Positions 45,584 to 56,268 of a DNA stretch of 64,000 nucleotides are shown one piece after another. The stretch covers positions 487,841 through 551,840 of the forward strand of contig CAWBRN010000003.1 in assembly GCA_963791335.1 (NCBI GenBank), written 5' to 3'. Position numbers and translations under genes: made by a program. The notes beneath the pieces were generated by a model. The model searched no databases and was not told the DNA's origin. It was given only the letters and a program-made list of their open reading frames with translations. Numbering within the stretch: position 1 is the stretch's first letter; each line of letters starts with the position of its first letter. The DNA comes from an uncultured Solirubrobacterales bacterium (GTDB taxonomy: Bacteria; Actinomycetota; Thermoleophilia; Solirubrobacterales; 70-9).

Positions 45584-47054
45584 ATGAGCGAGCCGCCGAG
45601 TGAGGGCACCGGCCCCGACCAGCTCTCCTCTTCGGACATGTCCTCGCTGCTGAACGAGCAGGGAGCGATCCACGTCCACGTCGGCGGGACGGCGATCTTC
45701 GCCGGCGAACCTCCTCCCTACGACGAGTTCCTCGCCCACGTCGGCAGGCGCCTCGAGCTGATCCCGCGCTTCCGCCGGCGGGTCCGCTGGCTGCCGGGCC
45801 GGATGATGCGGGCCGAGTGGGAGGACGACCCCGACTTCGACCTGCGCCGTCACGTCCGCCATCTCGCCGTCCCCTCCCCCGGCGGCATCGCGGAGCTGCG
45901 GGAGTTGGTCGGGCAGGTGATGTCGGAGCCGCTCGACCAGAGCCGGCCCCTGTGGCAGCTGTATCTGATCGAGCGCTGCGGTAGCGGCGGCGACGGTGAT
46001 TGGGGGTTCGCGGCCATCTCGAAGACCCACCATGCGCTGGTCGACGGGGTCTCGGCGGTCGACGTCGGCGCGATCATCCTCGATCCCGATCCCGACGGCA
46101 CGGACCTCGGCCTGAGCGGCGAGGAATGGGCGCCGCGGTCGCAGCGCTCCCACCAGGAGGTATTGACCGATCGCGTCTTCGACGCGCGCCGCAAGCTGTT
46201 CGGGATGCCGCGGGAGGCGGCGCGGAAGGCGTTCGACCTCTCGGCCCCGCAGTCGGCGCTGAAGACGGCGCAGGGCTTCGTCGACCTCGCCCGCAACAGC
46301 GAGGCGGTCCGCCCGACGATCATCAACGAGGAGATCGGCCGCGATCGCCGTGTCGCGTTCGCGGCGACGACGATGGCGGCGATGAAGGAGGTCGCGGCAG
46401 GGAGCGGACGCGGCGAGGCGACCGTCAACGACGCCGTGCTCGCCGTCTCGACGGGAGCGCTGCGGCGGCTGTTCGAGCATCGGAGGGCGGAGATCCCGCG
46501 CGACTTCTCCGCCCTCGTCCCGATGAGCATCCGCAAGCCCGGCGAGGAGCTGGCGCTCGGCAACCGGATCACGACGCTGATGGTGCCGCTGCCGCTCAGC
46601 GAGCCCGACGCCGGCGAGCGCCTCCGCCGTATCCACGAGACGACCTCGCGGCTGAAGCGCTCGGAGGCCGGGCGAGCGGCTTCGCTCGTGATCGAGGCGT
46701 CGGGATGGGTGCCGCCGACGATGTCGCGCGTGCTCGGCCAGGTCGGCTCTACCGCCGGCGCCGCCGCCGATCGCACCGGCGTCAGCCGCGTCGTCCCGCA
46801 GCGGATCCCGTGGAACCTCGTCATCTCCAACGTCCCCGGTCCGACCGATGCCCGTCTACCTCCTCGGCCGCCGCCTCCAGTCGATCCACCCTTTCGTCCC
46901 GCTCTCCCCGCAGCGCCGGGACCTCTCGATCGGCGTGATCAGCTACGACGGCGGCCTCTACTTCGGCTTCGTCGGCGACCGCGACCGCATGGCCGACCTC
47001 GACGACTTCGCCGGCTTCGTCGACGCCGAGCTGGCGGCCGTCGGCGCGAGGTGA
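45584..47054 (+). pseudogene. wax ester synthase / acyl-CoA:diacylglycerol acyltransferase (WS/DGAT); one frameshift near the 3' end
   Basis: ..DMSSLLNEQGAIHVHVGG..SKTHHALVDGVSAVD (HHxxxDG active site)..NLVISNVPGPT / MPVYLLGRRLQSIHPFVPLSPQRRDLSIGVISYDGGLYFGFVGDRD..*. The frame changes near 46847. Confidence 0.85.
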
Positions 47055-47085
47055 CGAACTGCGAAGGCGACCCGTACTTTCGTGA

Positions 47086-47928
47086 TTACTTGACGGCCTC
47101 GCCGAGCAGATCGGCCTGGGCGGGGTCGCCGGAGCAGGGGAACATGACCAGTTCGTCGCAGCCGGCTGCCTCGAAGCCCGCGAGGTAGCCCTTGACCGTC
47201 TCGGGGTCGGTGGCGGCGCCGCCGGCGATCATCTGCGCCACCTCCTCGCCGAGGAAGGCGTAGTAGTCGGTGAGGTAGTTGGTGGCGTCCTGCTCGGCCG
47301 TGTCACCGAGGGCGTAGTAGGCGAGGGCGGCGAGGCGGGGCTCGCCGTCGCGACCGGCGTCGGCCCAGGCCTGGCGGACGCCCTTGGCCATCTCGGCGAA
47401 CGCATCCGGGGTGGTGGCACCGGCGATCCAGCCCTCGCCGTAGCGGGCGGCCCGCTTGAAGGAGGCCTCGACGGAGCCGCCGATGAGGATCTTCGGGGCG
47501 CCGGCGCCGCGCGGGCCGATCCGCTCGTCGGCGAAGGTCTGCTCGAGGTAGTCGAGGAAGGTCTCGAACTTCTCGGCCTTGTCCTTGTCCTCGACGCCGG
47601 AGGCCTCGTAGTCGTCGCCGCGTGCGCCGAGCCCGATGCCGAGGGTGAGGCGACCGCCGGAGAGCTGATTGATGCTGAGCGCCTGCTTGGCGGTCTGGAC
47701 TGCGTTGAGTCGGAGCGGGCCGAGCATCACGGTCGTCATCAACTCGATCCGCTCGGTGACGACGGCGGCCGCAGCGAGGGCGATGAGGGGCTCCCAGTTT
47801 CCGTAGACGACGCGGTCGATCGTGCCGAGGCTGCTGAAGCCCTGGGCCTCGGCCCGGCGCGCGAACTCGGTCATGTCGCCGCCGCTGACGTTCGCGACCG
47901 CGTTCGGCAGTCCGATTCCAACCTTCAT
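47086..47928 (-). CDS. LLM-class (luciferase-like) flavin/F420-dependent oxidoreductase
   Basis: I chose ATG 47928 (MKVGIGLPNAV..). Contains ..LSGGRLTLGIGLGARGDDYE.. and ..ILIGGSVEASFKRAARYGEGWI... Intact. Confidence 0.8.
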   Translation of the reverse strand: MKVGIGLPNAVANVSGGDMTEFARRAEAQGFSSLGTIDRVVYGNWEPLIALAAAAVVTERIELMTTVMLGPLRLNAVQTAKQALSINQLSGGRLTLGIGLGARGDDYEASGVEDKDKAEKFETFLDYLEQTFADERIGPRGAGAPKILIGGSVEASFKRAARYGEGWIAGATTPDAFAEMAKGVRQAWADAGRDGEPRLAALAYYALGDTAEQDATNYLTDYYAFLGEEVAQMIAGGAATDPETVKGYLAGFEAAGCDELVMFPCSGDPAQADLLGEAVK

Positions 47929-47947
47929 CTGACGCCTCCTCGTCTGG

Positions 47948-48763
47948 CTACTGCAGTTCGCCCGGAACACTAGTTGCGTCCGCAAGCGACCTATGCCCGA
48001 TGACGAGCTGCGCAAACTCGGCTCCGAGCCGGTGGCAGTCGCCGGGCCAGCGCGCCGAGATGTAGTTGCCGTCGCGAACCGTGAAGCCGCGATCGAGACG
48101 AGCGGGCGAGTCGCGGCGAGCCATCCGCGGGCCCACCTCGAAGTCGGCCGGCCCGGCGAGGGCGGCGGTCACCTCCTCCTGCACCGTCTCGGGATAGGTC
48201 CGGTAGTAGTCGCGGAGCCAGAGGCGCGTCAGGTTCCAGGCCGTCAGCTCCATCCGCTCGGTGAGCGCCGTCGTCCGCCGACCGTACAGCGGCGAGCGGC
48301 CGGTGTCGGGATCCGTCGCCCGGGCCAGGAGCAGCACCCCGTGACAGACGGCGCCGAGCGGCAGGTCCCGCGCCATCGCATCGGCGACGAGTCGCTGCGC
48401 CGGCTCGGACTCGATCAGCGTGCGGACACCCTTCGCGTGTCCGCCGGGGACGAAGACGCCGTCGGCCGGGCCGAGCTCGACCTCGTCGTGGCGGGCGGGC
48501 GCGAGGAAGTGCGGGTCGGCGGCCATCCGCCGGTACGTCTCCAGCGAGTCGCGCTTCGTCATCAGGAAGGGCGAGAGCAGCGAGAAGCCGTCGTCGGTGA
48601 GGCGGCGATCGGCGAACGCCGGCTCCCCCTCGGGCGTCGCGAAGCGGACCTCGATCCCCGCGTCGCGCAGCGCCTGCCAGGGAAGCGCCGACTCGGTCGG
48701 GTCGTAGTCGCTCGCCGGGAGGAGGAAGTGGATGACTGGCACTGGGCCTTGCGCTGGGTCCAT
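47948..48763 (-). CDS. DJ-1/PfpI-like type 1 glutamine amidotransferase-fold protein
   Basis: Intact 271 aa. Contains ..VIHFLLPASDYDPTE..DGVFVPGGHAKG..LGAVCHGVLLLA... Confidence 0.7.
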   Translation of the reverse strand: MDPAQGPVPVIHFLLPASDYDPTESALPWQALRDAGIEVRFATPEGEPAFADRRLTDDGFSLLSPFLMTKRDSLETYRRMAADPHFLAPARHDEVELGPADGVFVPGGHAKGVRTLIESEPAQRLVADAMARDLPLGAVCHGVLLLARATDPDTGRSPLYGRRTTALTERMELTAWNLTRLWLRDYYRTYPETVQEEVTAALAGPADFEVGPRMARRDSPARLDRGFTVRDGNYISARWPGDCHRLGAEFAQLVIGHRSLADATSVPGELQ

Positions 48764-48766
48764 GAA

Positions 48767-48855
48767 CGGAGAGGGAGGGATTCGAACCCTCGAGAGAGCT
48801 TGCGCCCCCTACTCGCTTAGCAGGCGAGTGCCTTCAGCCACTCGGCCACCTCTCC
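48767..48855 (-). tRNA. tRNA-Ser (anticodon GCT)
   Basis: Reverse complement GGAGAGGTGGCCGAGTGGCTGAAGGCACTCGCCTGCTAAGCGAGTAGGGGGCGCAAGCTCTCTCGAGGGTTCGAATCCCTCCCTCTCCG. It has a long variable arm, and the anticodon loop is CTGCTAA. Confidence 0.9.
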
Positions 48856-48983
48856 GGGGTCTTGAGATTCGCCGCGGGCGTCAAGCCGGCCTGCGAACGG
48901 CGCCGATATTAGAGGCAGGACGGCCGTCGGCGCGATCAGCTGCGGTGCGGGAATCGGGATCGATGATCTAGGCTCGCGACCAG

Positions 48984-50204
48984 ATGAGCGACTCGAGCGA
49001 CGCCGCCCTCCACGATCGGTTCGAGGCGATCTTCGAGGGCATCGAGGCCCCGTTCGCCTTCGTCGACCTCGACGCGCTCGCCGCCAACGCCGACTCGATG
49101 CTGTCCCGGGCAGCCGGCAAGCCGATCCGCGTCGCCAGCAAGTCGGTCCGCTGCCGCGAGGTCCTCGACCTCGTCGACGAGCGCTGGGACGGCTACCGCG
49201 GCCTGCTCTGCTTCACGGTCGCCGAGGCGCTGATGCTCGCCGAGCAGGGCCGCCGCGACCTCGTCGTCGCCTACCCGTCCGTGGATCGCCATTCGATCTC
49301 CCGCCTCGCCGAGCTCGCTCGCGCCGACCCCGAGGCCGCTCCGGTCCTGATGGTCGACGAGGCCGCCCAGCTCGATCTGATCGAGGGCTGCGTGGGCGGC
49401 GGCCCGACCCCGGCTCCGATCCCGGTCGCGATCGACATCGACGTCGGCTATCACGCCCTCCGCGGCGCCATCCAGGCCGGTCCGAAGCGATCGCCGATCA
49501 GGACCCCGGCCGCGGCCCGCAAGTTCGCCGAGGAGATCGCCTCCCGCCCCGGCCTCGAGCTGGTCGGGCTGATGGCCTACGAGGGCCAGGTCGCCGGGGT
49601 AGGCGACGCGGCCCCCGGTCACGCGATGCGCAACTTCGGGATCAAGCGGATGCAGAGATCGTCGATGGCCGAGATCGCCGAGCGCCGCGCTGCGGTCGTC
49701 GCCGCGGTCGAAGCGGTGGCACCGCTGCGCTTCGTCAACGGCGGCGGCACCGGCAGCCTCGAGCTGACGACCCGCGAGTCCGCCGTCACCGAGCTCGCGG
49801 CCGGGTCCGGCTTCTTCGCCCCCGCCCTCTTCGACGACTACAGCCGCTTCTCGCTGCAACCGGCCGCCGGGTTCGCGCTGCCGATCGTCCGCCGCCCGGC
49901 CGCCGGATGCGCGACCGCGCTCGGCGGCGGCTACGTCGCCTCCGGCGCGGCGAGCGAGGACCGGCTACCGGAGCCGTGGCTGCCGGCCGGCCTCCACCTC
50001 GATCGCATGGAGGGCGCCGGCGAGGTCCAGACCCCGCTGCTCGGCGAGGCGGCGGTTCGGCTGCGCGTCGGCGACCGGGTCTACATGCGACACGCGAAGG
50101 CCGGCGAGCTGTGTGAGCGGTTCAACTCGCTCTATCTCATCGAGGGGAACCGGATCGTCTCCGAGGCGCCTACTTACCGCGGCGACGGCTTTTCCTTCCT
50201 CTGA
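48984..50204 (+). CDS. PLP-dependent alanine-racemase-fold enzyme (D-amino-acid deaminase/aldolase, DSD1-like)
   Basis: Intact 406 aa. Contains ..AFVDLDALAANADSML..GKPIRVASKSVRC (PLP Lys)..MAYEGQVAG..NGGGTGS... Confidence 0.75.
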   Translation: MSDSSDAALHDRFEAIFEGIEAPFAFVDLDALAANADSMLSRAAGKPIRVASKSVRCREVLDLVDERWDGYRGLLCFTVAEALMLAEQGRRDLVVAYPSVDRHSISRLAELARADPEAAPVLMVDEAAQLDLIEGCVGGGPTPAPIPVAIDIDVGYHALRGAIQAGPKRSPIRTPAAARKFAEEIASRPGLELVGLMAYEGQVAGVGDAAPGHAMRNFGIKRMQRSSMAEIAERRAAVVAAVEAVAPLRFVNGGGTGSLELTTRESAVTELAAGSGFFAPALFDDYSRFSLQPAAGFALPIVRRPAAGCATALGGGYVASGAASEDRLPEPWLPAGLHLDRMEGAGEVQTPLLGEAAVRLRVGDRVYMRHAKAGELCERFNSLYLIEGNRIVSEAPTYRGDGFSFL

Positions 50205-51525
50205 CCACCGGTCCTAGCACCTGCTCGGTGTAGGGGTTGGCGAATCGGGAGTCGGGATCGAGGCGTGAGCGGACCGCCTTGAAGTCCTCGAACCGCGGGT
50301 AGAGCTTCGCGAGCTCGGTGGCGCCGAGCTGATGCCGTTTGCCCCAGTGGGGACGGCCGCCGTACTCGGCCATGACCGCGGCGACGGCCTCGAAGTAGGG
50401 CTGCCAGTCGCCGTGACGATCGTGGTGGACCGCGACGTAACAGCTGTCGCGGCCATGGGCCGGGCTGAGCATCGCGTCGTCGCCGGCGGCGAAGCGGACC
50501 TCGATCGGGAAGCAGACCTCGAACTCGGGGCGGGCGGCGATCGCGAGCACCCGCTCGACCGCCTCGCGCGCGTTCGCCCGCGGGATCGAGTACTCCATCT
50601 CCGTGAACTTGAGCCGGCGCTCGGAGGCGTAGACCTTGAAGCTGCTGTCGACCTTGCGGCTCTTGCCGGTTCCGGCGGCGGCCATCCTCGAGAGGGTCGG
50701 AATCGCGGCGGGGACGTGGCGGGCGACCTGAGCGAAGCCGGCGGCGAGCCAGTTCTCGACGACCACCTCCTGGGCGTAGGTCGCGGCGGGGCCGGCGGGC
50801 TTGGCCGGGACCTGCGTCCGCATCGACTCGCGGCAAAGCGCGACCTCGGTGTGGGGGAAGACGTAGAACTCGAAGTGGTCGAGCTCGTCGACGAAGCTGT
50901 CGAGCGCGGCCAGGACGTCGGGGAGCGGACGAGGTCGGTCGGTGCGATCGATCCGGAAGTTCGTCACGGTCTGCAGCGTCACCGAGTAGATCGCGCCGAG
51001 CGCGCCGAGGCCGACCCGGGCCGCCCGCCAGCCGTCGGGATCGGAGCTCTCGCTCAACTCGCGGAGGGTGCCGTCGGCGCCGACGACCTCCATCGAGACG
51101 ACTTGCGAGGAGAGGTTGCGGAAGCGGATGCCGGTGCCGTGCGTCGCGGTCGAGATCGAACCGGCGAGCGACTGGCGGTCGATGTCGCCGAGGCTCTCGA
51201 GTGCGAGTCCGCGCTGGTCGAGCCGGCGGTTCAGGTCGGCGAGAACGATCCCGGCTTCGACCTTGACCAGCCCGCTGGGCCGGTCGACGTCGAGGACCCG
51301 CTTCAGCATCGTCAGGTCGAGCATCGTGCCGTCGGTCAGGGCGATGCCCGTGAACGAGTGGCCGGAGCCGGCCACCTTGATCCGACGCTCGGCCTCGTTC
51401 GCCTCGATCAGGGCGGCGATCAGGCCCTCGCGGGTCCGCGGCCGCGCGATGCGCAACGGCCGGCAGCGTTGCTCTCCCGACCAGTTCCTCCAGCGCCTAC
51501 GGACCTCTTCCGCCATGGCGGCCAA
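50170..51525 (-). CDS. FAD-linked sugar-1,4-lactone oxidase (D-arabinono-/L-gulono-1,4-lactone oxidase family)
   Basis: Intact 451 aa. Contains WRNWSGEQ, ..IKVAGSGHSFT.. and a C-terminal ..YGGRPHWGKRH..YPRFEDFKAVRSRLDP... Its 3' end overlaps the convergent 48984 gene by 35 nt. Confidence 0.8.
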   Translation of the reverse strand: MAAMAEEVRRRWRNWSGEQRCRPLRIARPRTREGLIAALIEANEAERRIKVAGSGHSFTGIALTDGTMLDLTMLKRVLDVDRPSGLVKVEAGIVLADLNRRLDQRGLALESLGDIDRQSLAGSISTATHGTGIRFRNLSSQVVSMEVVGADGTLRELSESSDPDGWRAARVGLGALGAIYSVTLQTVTNFRIDRTDRPRPLPDVLAALDSFVDELDHFEFYVFPHTEVALCRESMRTQVPAKPAGPAATYAQEVVVENWLAAGFAQVARHVPAAIPTLSRMAAAGTGKSRKVDSSFKVYASERRLKFTEMEYSIPRANAREAVERVLAIAARPEFEVCFPIEVRFAAGDDAMLSPAHGRDSCYVAVHHDRHGDWQPYFEAVAAVMAEYGGRPHWGKRHQLGATELAKLYPRFEDFKAVRSRLDPDSRFANPYTEQVLGPVVRGRKSRRRGK

Positions 51526-51585
51526 CCCTAGATGACTCCCGCCCGCGGTTCAGGAACAATCAGCCGTGCCGCGCCGCGGTACCCA

Positions 51586-51673
51586 GGAGGGGTGGCAGAG
51601 CGGTTGAATGCGCTGGTCTTGAAAACCAGTGACCGGTAACCCCGGTTCGTGGGTTCGAATCCCACCCCCTCCG
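51586..51673 (+). tRNA. tRNA-Ser (anticodon TGA)
   Basis: GGAGGGGTGGCAGAGCGGTTGAATGCGCTGGTCTTGAAAACCAGTGACCGGTAACCCCGGTTCGTGGGTTCGAATCCCACCCCCTCCG. It has a long variable arm, and the anticodon loop is CTTGAAA. Confidence 0.9.
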
Positions 51674-51688
51674 CTGAAGGAGGGCGTC

Positions 51689-51973
51689 TCAGGCGTCCCG
51701 CTCGATCACGACCTCGCAGTTGTCGACGGAGGCGCGGTCTCCCGGGGTGTCGCCGCGATCCATCGCGCCGAAGATGCGATCAGCTTCCGCCATCGCCTCG
51801 GCTGTCTCGAAGAAGGCGACGAACAGCGACGTCTGCTGACCCGAGTCGTAGAGCATCTTCATGCCCGTGGCGTCGACTCCGGGCGGCGGGCCGTCGCTCT
51901 CGTCGATCTCGGCGAGCACGTTGTCGATGCCCTCCTGAGTAACGCCCGTGAACCTGACTACTCGTGCGTACAT
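51689..51973 (-). CDS. hypothetical small protein (possibly ABM/ferredoxin-like fold)
   Basis: Intact 94 aa with high GC3: MYARVVRFTGVTQEGIDNVLAEIDESDGPPPGVDATGMKMLYDSGQQTSLFVAFFETAEAMAEADRIFGAM... Confidence 0.5.
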   Translation of the reverse strand: MYARVVRFTGVTQEGIDNVLAEIDESDGPPPGVDATGMKMLYDSGQQTSLFVAFFETAEAMAEADRIFGAMDRGDTPGDRASVDNCEVVIERDA

Positions 51974-52093
51974 GCTGAGCTCCTCGCTTGGATTGCCCTG
52001 TCCTGCTTGTTCGATCCTAACTCCGGCTCCGCGTCGTGCAACCCGGATTCGGGACTTCCTCTACGGTCGCCTTCCTGGCTCCGGATTCCACAG

Positions 52094-53333
52094 TTGCGAC
52101 GACCGAAATCGAAGGCAGGCGCGAGCAGCGGCAGCACGCGGGTGGCCGCCCTCGACGGCATTCGTGCCTACGCGATCCTGGGGATCGTCGCCGTCCACCT
52201 GCTCGGCGTCTCGGGGGTGCTCGATCGCGCCGACGGGACCGATCTCGGCGTCTTCATCTGGGGCCTTCTCGGCAGCACGGTCGACGCCTTCTTCATGATC
52301 AGCGCCTTCGTCCTCTTCATCCCCGCGGTGCGGCGGGGCGGCGAATTCGGCGGGGCGGTGAACTTCTGGATCAAGCGCGGCGCCAGGCTGTTCCCGGCGC
52401 TCTGGCTGGTGCTGGCGTTGACGCTCGTACTGGCGGTCATCCATCCGCCGCTCCCGGACTACACGCTGCCCGGACCGGGCGAGATCATCGGCAACCTCGC
52501 CGCCCTGCAGATGCCCGCCGCGTTCGTCTCCGAGACGTTCCGGATCGGCTTCGGGATCAACGGCCCGCTCTGGCTCGTCTCGGTCATCGTCGGCTTCTAC
52601 GCGGTCCTTCCGTTCGTCGCGAGGCCCTACTACCGGCACGCGCTCATCGGCCTGGCGATCGCCGCCGTGATCACGGTCTGCTGGAAGGAGGTCATCGGAC
52701 GCTCCCCGGAGCTGCTGCTGCCGTTCACGAACGGTGACGTCGGCAGGATCCGCTGTACTCGGGGTCGATCAACTCCCGAGCTGGGCGTTTTCGCTCGGGC
52801 TCGGTATGACCGGCGCGTGGGCGTACGTCCGGGCGAACGAGCGCTGGAGCCCGGAGTACCTGCGGCGGCTCGCCGTCAAGGCCCTGCCGGTGGCGCTGCT
52901 CCTCTACGTGGCGGCCGCCTACGTCCGCGGCCGTTACGCGCTCGACTTCGGCGGCAACGTCCCCGCGATCGCCCGCTCGCACCCGTTCGAGACGCTGTTC
53001 GAATCGTTCTCGCGAGCGGCGCTGATGGCCGTGGTGGTCCTCGGGCCGGCCTGGATGCAGCGGCCGTTCGACAACCGGCCGACCGCGCGCCTGTCGGAGT
53101 TGAGCTACGGCGTCTACCTGATCCACTTCGTCGTGATCCTCTATCTGGCCGACCTCTTCACCCTGCCAACCGACGGCACGTTCGCCGACTTCCTGGTGTG
53201 GACCGCGATCGTGCTGCCGATCTCGCTGCTCTTCGCGTACGCATCCCGTCGCTGGGTGGAGCTGCCTGTGGTCGCGCGCGTGAGGGCGTGGCAGAGCTCC
53301 CGGATTCAGGTTCCGGTCGCTGCTGCCGATTAG
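52094..53333 (+). pseudogene. acyltransferase family 3 (membrane O-acyltransferase); one frameshift
   Basis: The possible TTG start at 52094 lies in the frame of ORF 51629..53716. ..AALDGIRAYAILGIVAVHLLG..VDAFFMISAFVLF.. / ..GVDQLPSWAFSLGLGMTGAWAY..LSELSYGVYLIHFVVI... The frame changes between 52725 and 52750. Confidence 0.75.
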
Positions 53334-53340
53334 TTCGGGG

Positions 53341-54456
53341 ATGGGCCTGCGCTCTCCCTCGCTCCGCACCCTCGCGGTCACGTCCGTGTTGCTGCTCGGC
53401 GCCCTGGCGCTCGTCCTCGCGACCAACTCCGCCGACGCGGCGAAGAGCCACGGCTCGGGCAAGAAGGGCGACGGGCTTGCCAACGCCTCCGCCTTCCTGC
53501 CGCCGAAGGGGAAGATCTTCACCGGGGCCTCCGACACGGGTCAGAGCTCCGACTACATCGAGTTCCGGAAGGAGACCGGCGCTCACCCGGCCGTCATGCA
53601 GTCCTTCGAGTCGTGGGGATACGTCCCCACCGAGGCCCTTGGCCGCTGGCTCGGCACCAACACCCGCGGCATGCTCAGCCTCTCGACCGCGAAGTGCTGG
53701 AAGTGCCCGGACGTGATCAGCCCCCAGAGCATCGCCAAGGGCAAGGGCGACCGCTACATCGTCTCCCTGGGCAAGGCGCTCGCGCATCGCCGCAAGCCCA
53801 CCTACATCCGCCTGATGCCGGAGATGAACGGTTACTGGAACCGCTACAGCGCCTACGGCTCCGACGGCAAGCTCCGCGACAAGTTCCACGAAACCTCGGA
53901 CTTCAAGGACGCCTGGCGCCGCTTCGTGCTGATCCTCCGCGGTGGCGAGGTCAGGGCGATCGACAAGCGGCTCAAGAAGCTGCATATGCCGAAGATCACG
54001 GAGAGGACGACCAAGTCCCTGCAGAAGCCGAAGGTGTCCTTCGCCTGGGTCCCGCAGTCGACCGGCTCGCCCGACGTCAAGGGCAATGCGCCGAAGGACT
54101 ACTTCCCCGGCTGGGACTACGTCGATTGGGTCGGCGCCGACGTCTACGGCAAGTACCCGAACATCGCCGGCGTCAACGACCTCTACAAGAAGTTCAACAA
54201 GCGCCCGTTCCTGATCGGCGAGTGGTCGTCCTGGGACGTCGACAACCCGAAGTTCGTCAAGGACCTGTTCGGCTGGATCGAGGATCACGGCCGCGCCCGG
54301 ATGTCGGTCTACTACCAGGGCTTCGGCGAGGGCGCCGACAACCCGTACGAGCTCAGCGACTATCCGGAGAGCACCGAGAAGCTTCGCCACATCCTCAACG
54401 CCACCAGGTACGCGCCGTTCGCCCCCGAGAACGATCACAAGGGCGGCAAGAAGTAA
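53341..54456 (+). CDS. secreted glycoside hydrolase, GH26-like (beta-mannanase-type fold)
   Basis: Intact 371 aa. Signal ..LAVTSVLLLGALALVLATNSADA. Contains ..YIRLMPEMNGYWNRY.. and ..PFLIGEWSSW.., which resemble the acid/base and nucleophile segments of GH26. The family call is tentative. Confidence 0.65.
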   Translation: MGLRSPSLRTLAVTSVLLLGALALVLATNSADAAKSHGSGKKGDGLANASAFLPPKGKIFTGASDTGQSSDYIEFRKETGAHPAVMQSFESWGYVPTEALGRWLGTNTRGMLSLSTAKCWKCPDVISPQSIAKGKGDRYIVSLGKALAHRRKPTYIRLMPEMNGYWNRYSAYGSDGKLRDKFHETSDFKDAWRRFVLILRGGEVRAIDKRLKKLHMPKITERTTKSLQKPKVSFAWVPQSTGSPDVKGNAPKDYFPGWDYVDWVGADVYGKYPNIAGVNDLYKKFNKRPFLIGEWSSWDVDNPKFVKDLFGWIEDHGRARMSVYYQGFGEGADNPYELSDYPESTEKLRHILNATRYAPFAPENDHKGGKK

Positions 54457-54496
54457 CTGCCGCATCGCGCTGCGCGAAGCTGATTCACTTCGCCGC

Positions 54497-56243
54497 ATGG
54501 GAAGGATCTTTGCGTCGCTCGCCGGCGCCACAGCTGTCGTCGTCCTCTTGCTCATCGGAGCCGCCAACGCGTCCGCCTCGCTGTCGGACGTGCCGACGCC
54601 GACGGTCACCGGCCCGATCGCCAACACCGCCGACTCGACCCCGTGGTCGGCCACCGACAAGCCCCTGGGTGATTACGGCTACGTCGAGGACGAGTACAAG
54701 TACTCCGGCGACGCGTTTCAATACGACACGAGCGGAGCGATCGACCAGACCGGGACGAAGCTGACGACGGGCGGACCGGCCAACGACGGCAAATACCCGT
54801 TCAAGACGCGGATGATCGTCCGCCGCCCGGCCGACCCGGCCGACTTCAACGGCACCGTCGTCGTCGAGTGGCTCAACGTCACCGCGGGCTTCGATCTCGA
54901 GGCGAACTGGTTCGGCGATCCCGAGTACCTGCTCAAGCATGGCTACGCCTACGTCGGTATCACGGCCCAGCGGGTCGGCGTCAACTGGCTCCGCGGCTGG
55001 GACGCCGGCCGCTACGGCGACCTCGACGTGAGCGCCCGCGACAACGGCGGCACGGAGACGATCACCAACGACGCACTTTCGTACGACATCTACGGGTCCG
55101 GGATCAAGGCGTTGCTGGACGGCGGCACGGGCGTCGATCCGCTCGGCAACCTGCCCAAGCCCGACACCGTGATCGCGTCAGGCGAATCGCAGTCCGGAAG
55201 CCGGCTCAGCACCTACTACAACAAGGTGCAGCCGATCCACGACGTCGTCGACGCCTTCCTGTTGACCGTCTCGACCGGAGCCACTGCGCGACGACGGCAC
55301 GACGCCGGCGATCCGGGTCTCAGCGAGACCGAGAACCGGACTCCCGCGGACCGAGCCCGATACCGCCGACTACCGGCAGTGGGAGGTCGCGGGCGGCTCG
55401 CACCTGCCGCGGATGGCGTTCGAGAACTTCCAGGAGCCGATCGAGCGCGACACCGGCCTGACCCTGTCGGCCAGCTGCGTGAAGTACCCGCTCTCGCGGG
55501 TCCAGTGGCCGTTCGTCGTCAACTCGGCATACGAGCACCTGGTCGATTGGGCCAACGGCGGCGCGGCGCCCCCGATCGCGCCGCGCGGCGAGTACCAGGA
55601 CTCGCCCGCCGACCCGACCAACCAACTCGAGCGTGACGACAACGGCGTCGCACAGGGCGCCATCCGGCTGCCCGAGGTGACGGTGCCGGTCCGTTTGAAC
55701 ACCGGCATCAACTCGGCCGACCCCGGCGGCGGCGGCATCTTCTCGGCGTTCTGCATCCTGCTCGGCTCGTCGGAGGATTTCTCCAACGCGGTCCTGAAGA
55801 ACACCTACGAGGACTGGGGCGACTACATCGACCAGGTCTCGGCGAAGGCCCAGGAGGTCGCCGACCAGGGCTTCATCCTCGACGAGGACGTGCCGCGGCT
55901 GATCGACCAGCACAAGCAGGTCTACACGCTGCGCCCGACCAAGCCCGAGCGCAGCGGCAAGAAGAAGCCGAGCGATCGCAAGTTCAAGCTCTCGTGGCAG
56001 GGCAGCACCGCCCCGGACACGAGCTTCCGGCTCGAGCACTCGCGCGACGGCGGTGAGACCTGGAGCGTCGTCAAGGACGCCGACGAGCTCGGCAAGTCGA
56101 AGTTCAAGATCGACGAGAAGCCCGGGACCTGGATCTACAAGGTCCGTTCGACGACGGTTGTGCCCGCGGACGCGGCCCGACCCAGCTTCACGGTGACGAC
56201 GCCGTTCTCGAAGCGATCCACGAAGGCCAAGGTCAACCGATAG
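54497..56243 (+). pseudogene. secreted alpha/beta-hydrolase-domain protein with a C-terminal FN3-like Lys-rich domain; about 3 frameshifts
   Basis: Signal MGRIFASLAGATAVVVLLLIGAANASA. ..VVVEWLNVTAGFD..VIASGESQSGSRL..LLTVSTG / PLRDDGTTPAIRV / LSETEN.. / ..[57 protein letters not shown]. Frame changes lie near 55280, 55320 and 55335-55360. Confidence 0.65.
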
Positions 56244-56268
56244 CCGCAGCGGGTATCGTCGCGCTGCG

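Noticed and set aside
45551-46636. Long Arg/Pro/Gly-rich ORFs such as 45551..46636 (-), 52..510 (+), 8265..8837 (-), 23568..24722 (+), 25216..26787 (+), 28192..30129 (+), 50332..51531 (+) and 61656..63230 (-).
   Set aside because: They lie antisense or out of frame to genes with clear family motifs. Their composition is low-complexity RRR/PPP/GGG, typical of shadow frames in very GC-rich DNA. They have no recognisable domains.
51629-53716. A 695-aa ORF starting inside tRNA-Ser(TGA).
   Set aside because: Only residues from about 52094 to about 52740 look like an acyltransferase-3 protein. The 5' part overlaps a tRNA and an opposite-strand gene. The 3' part is a shadow of the shifted frame and the next gene.
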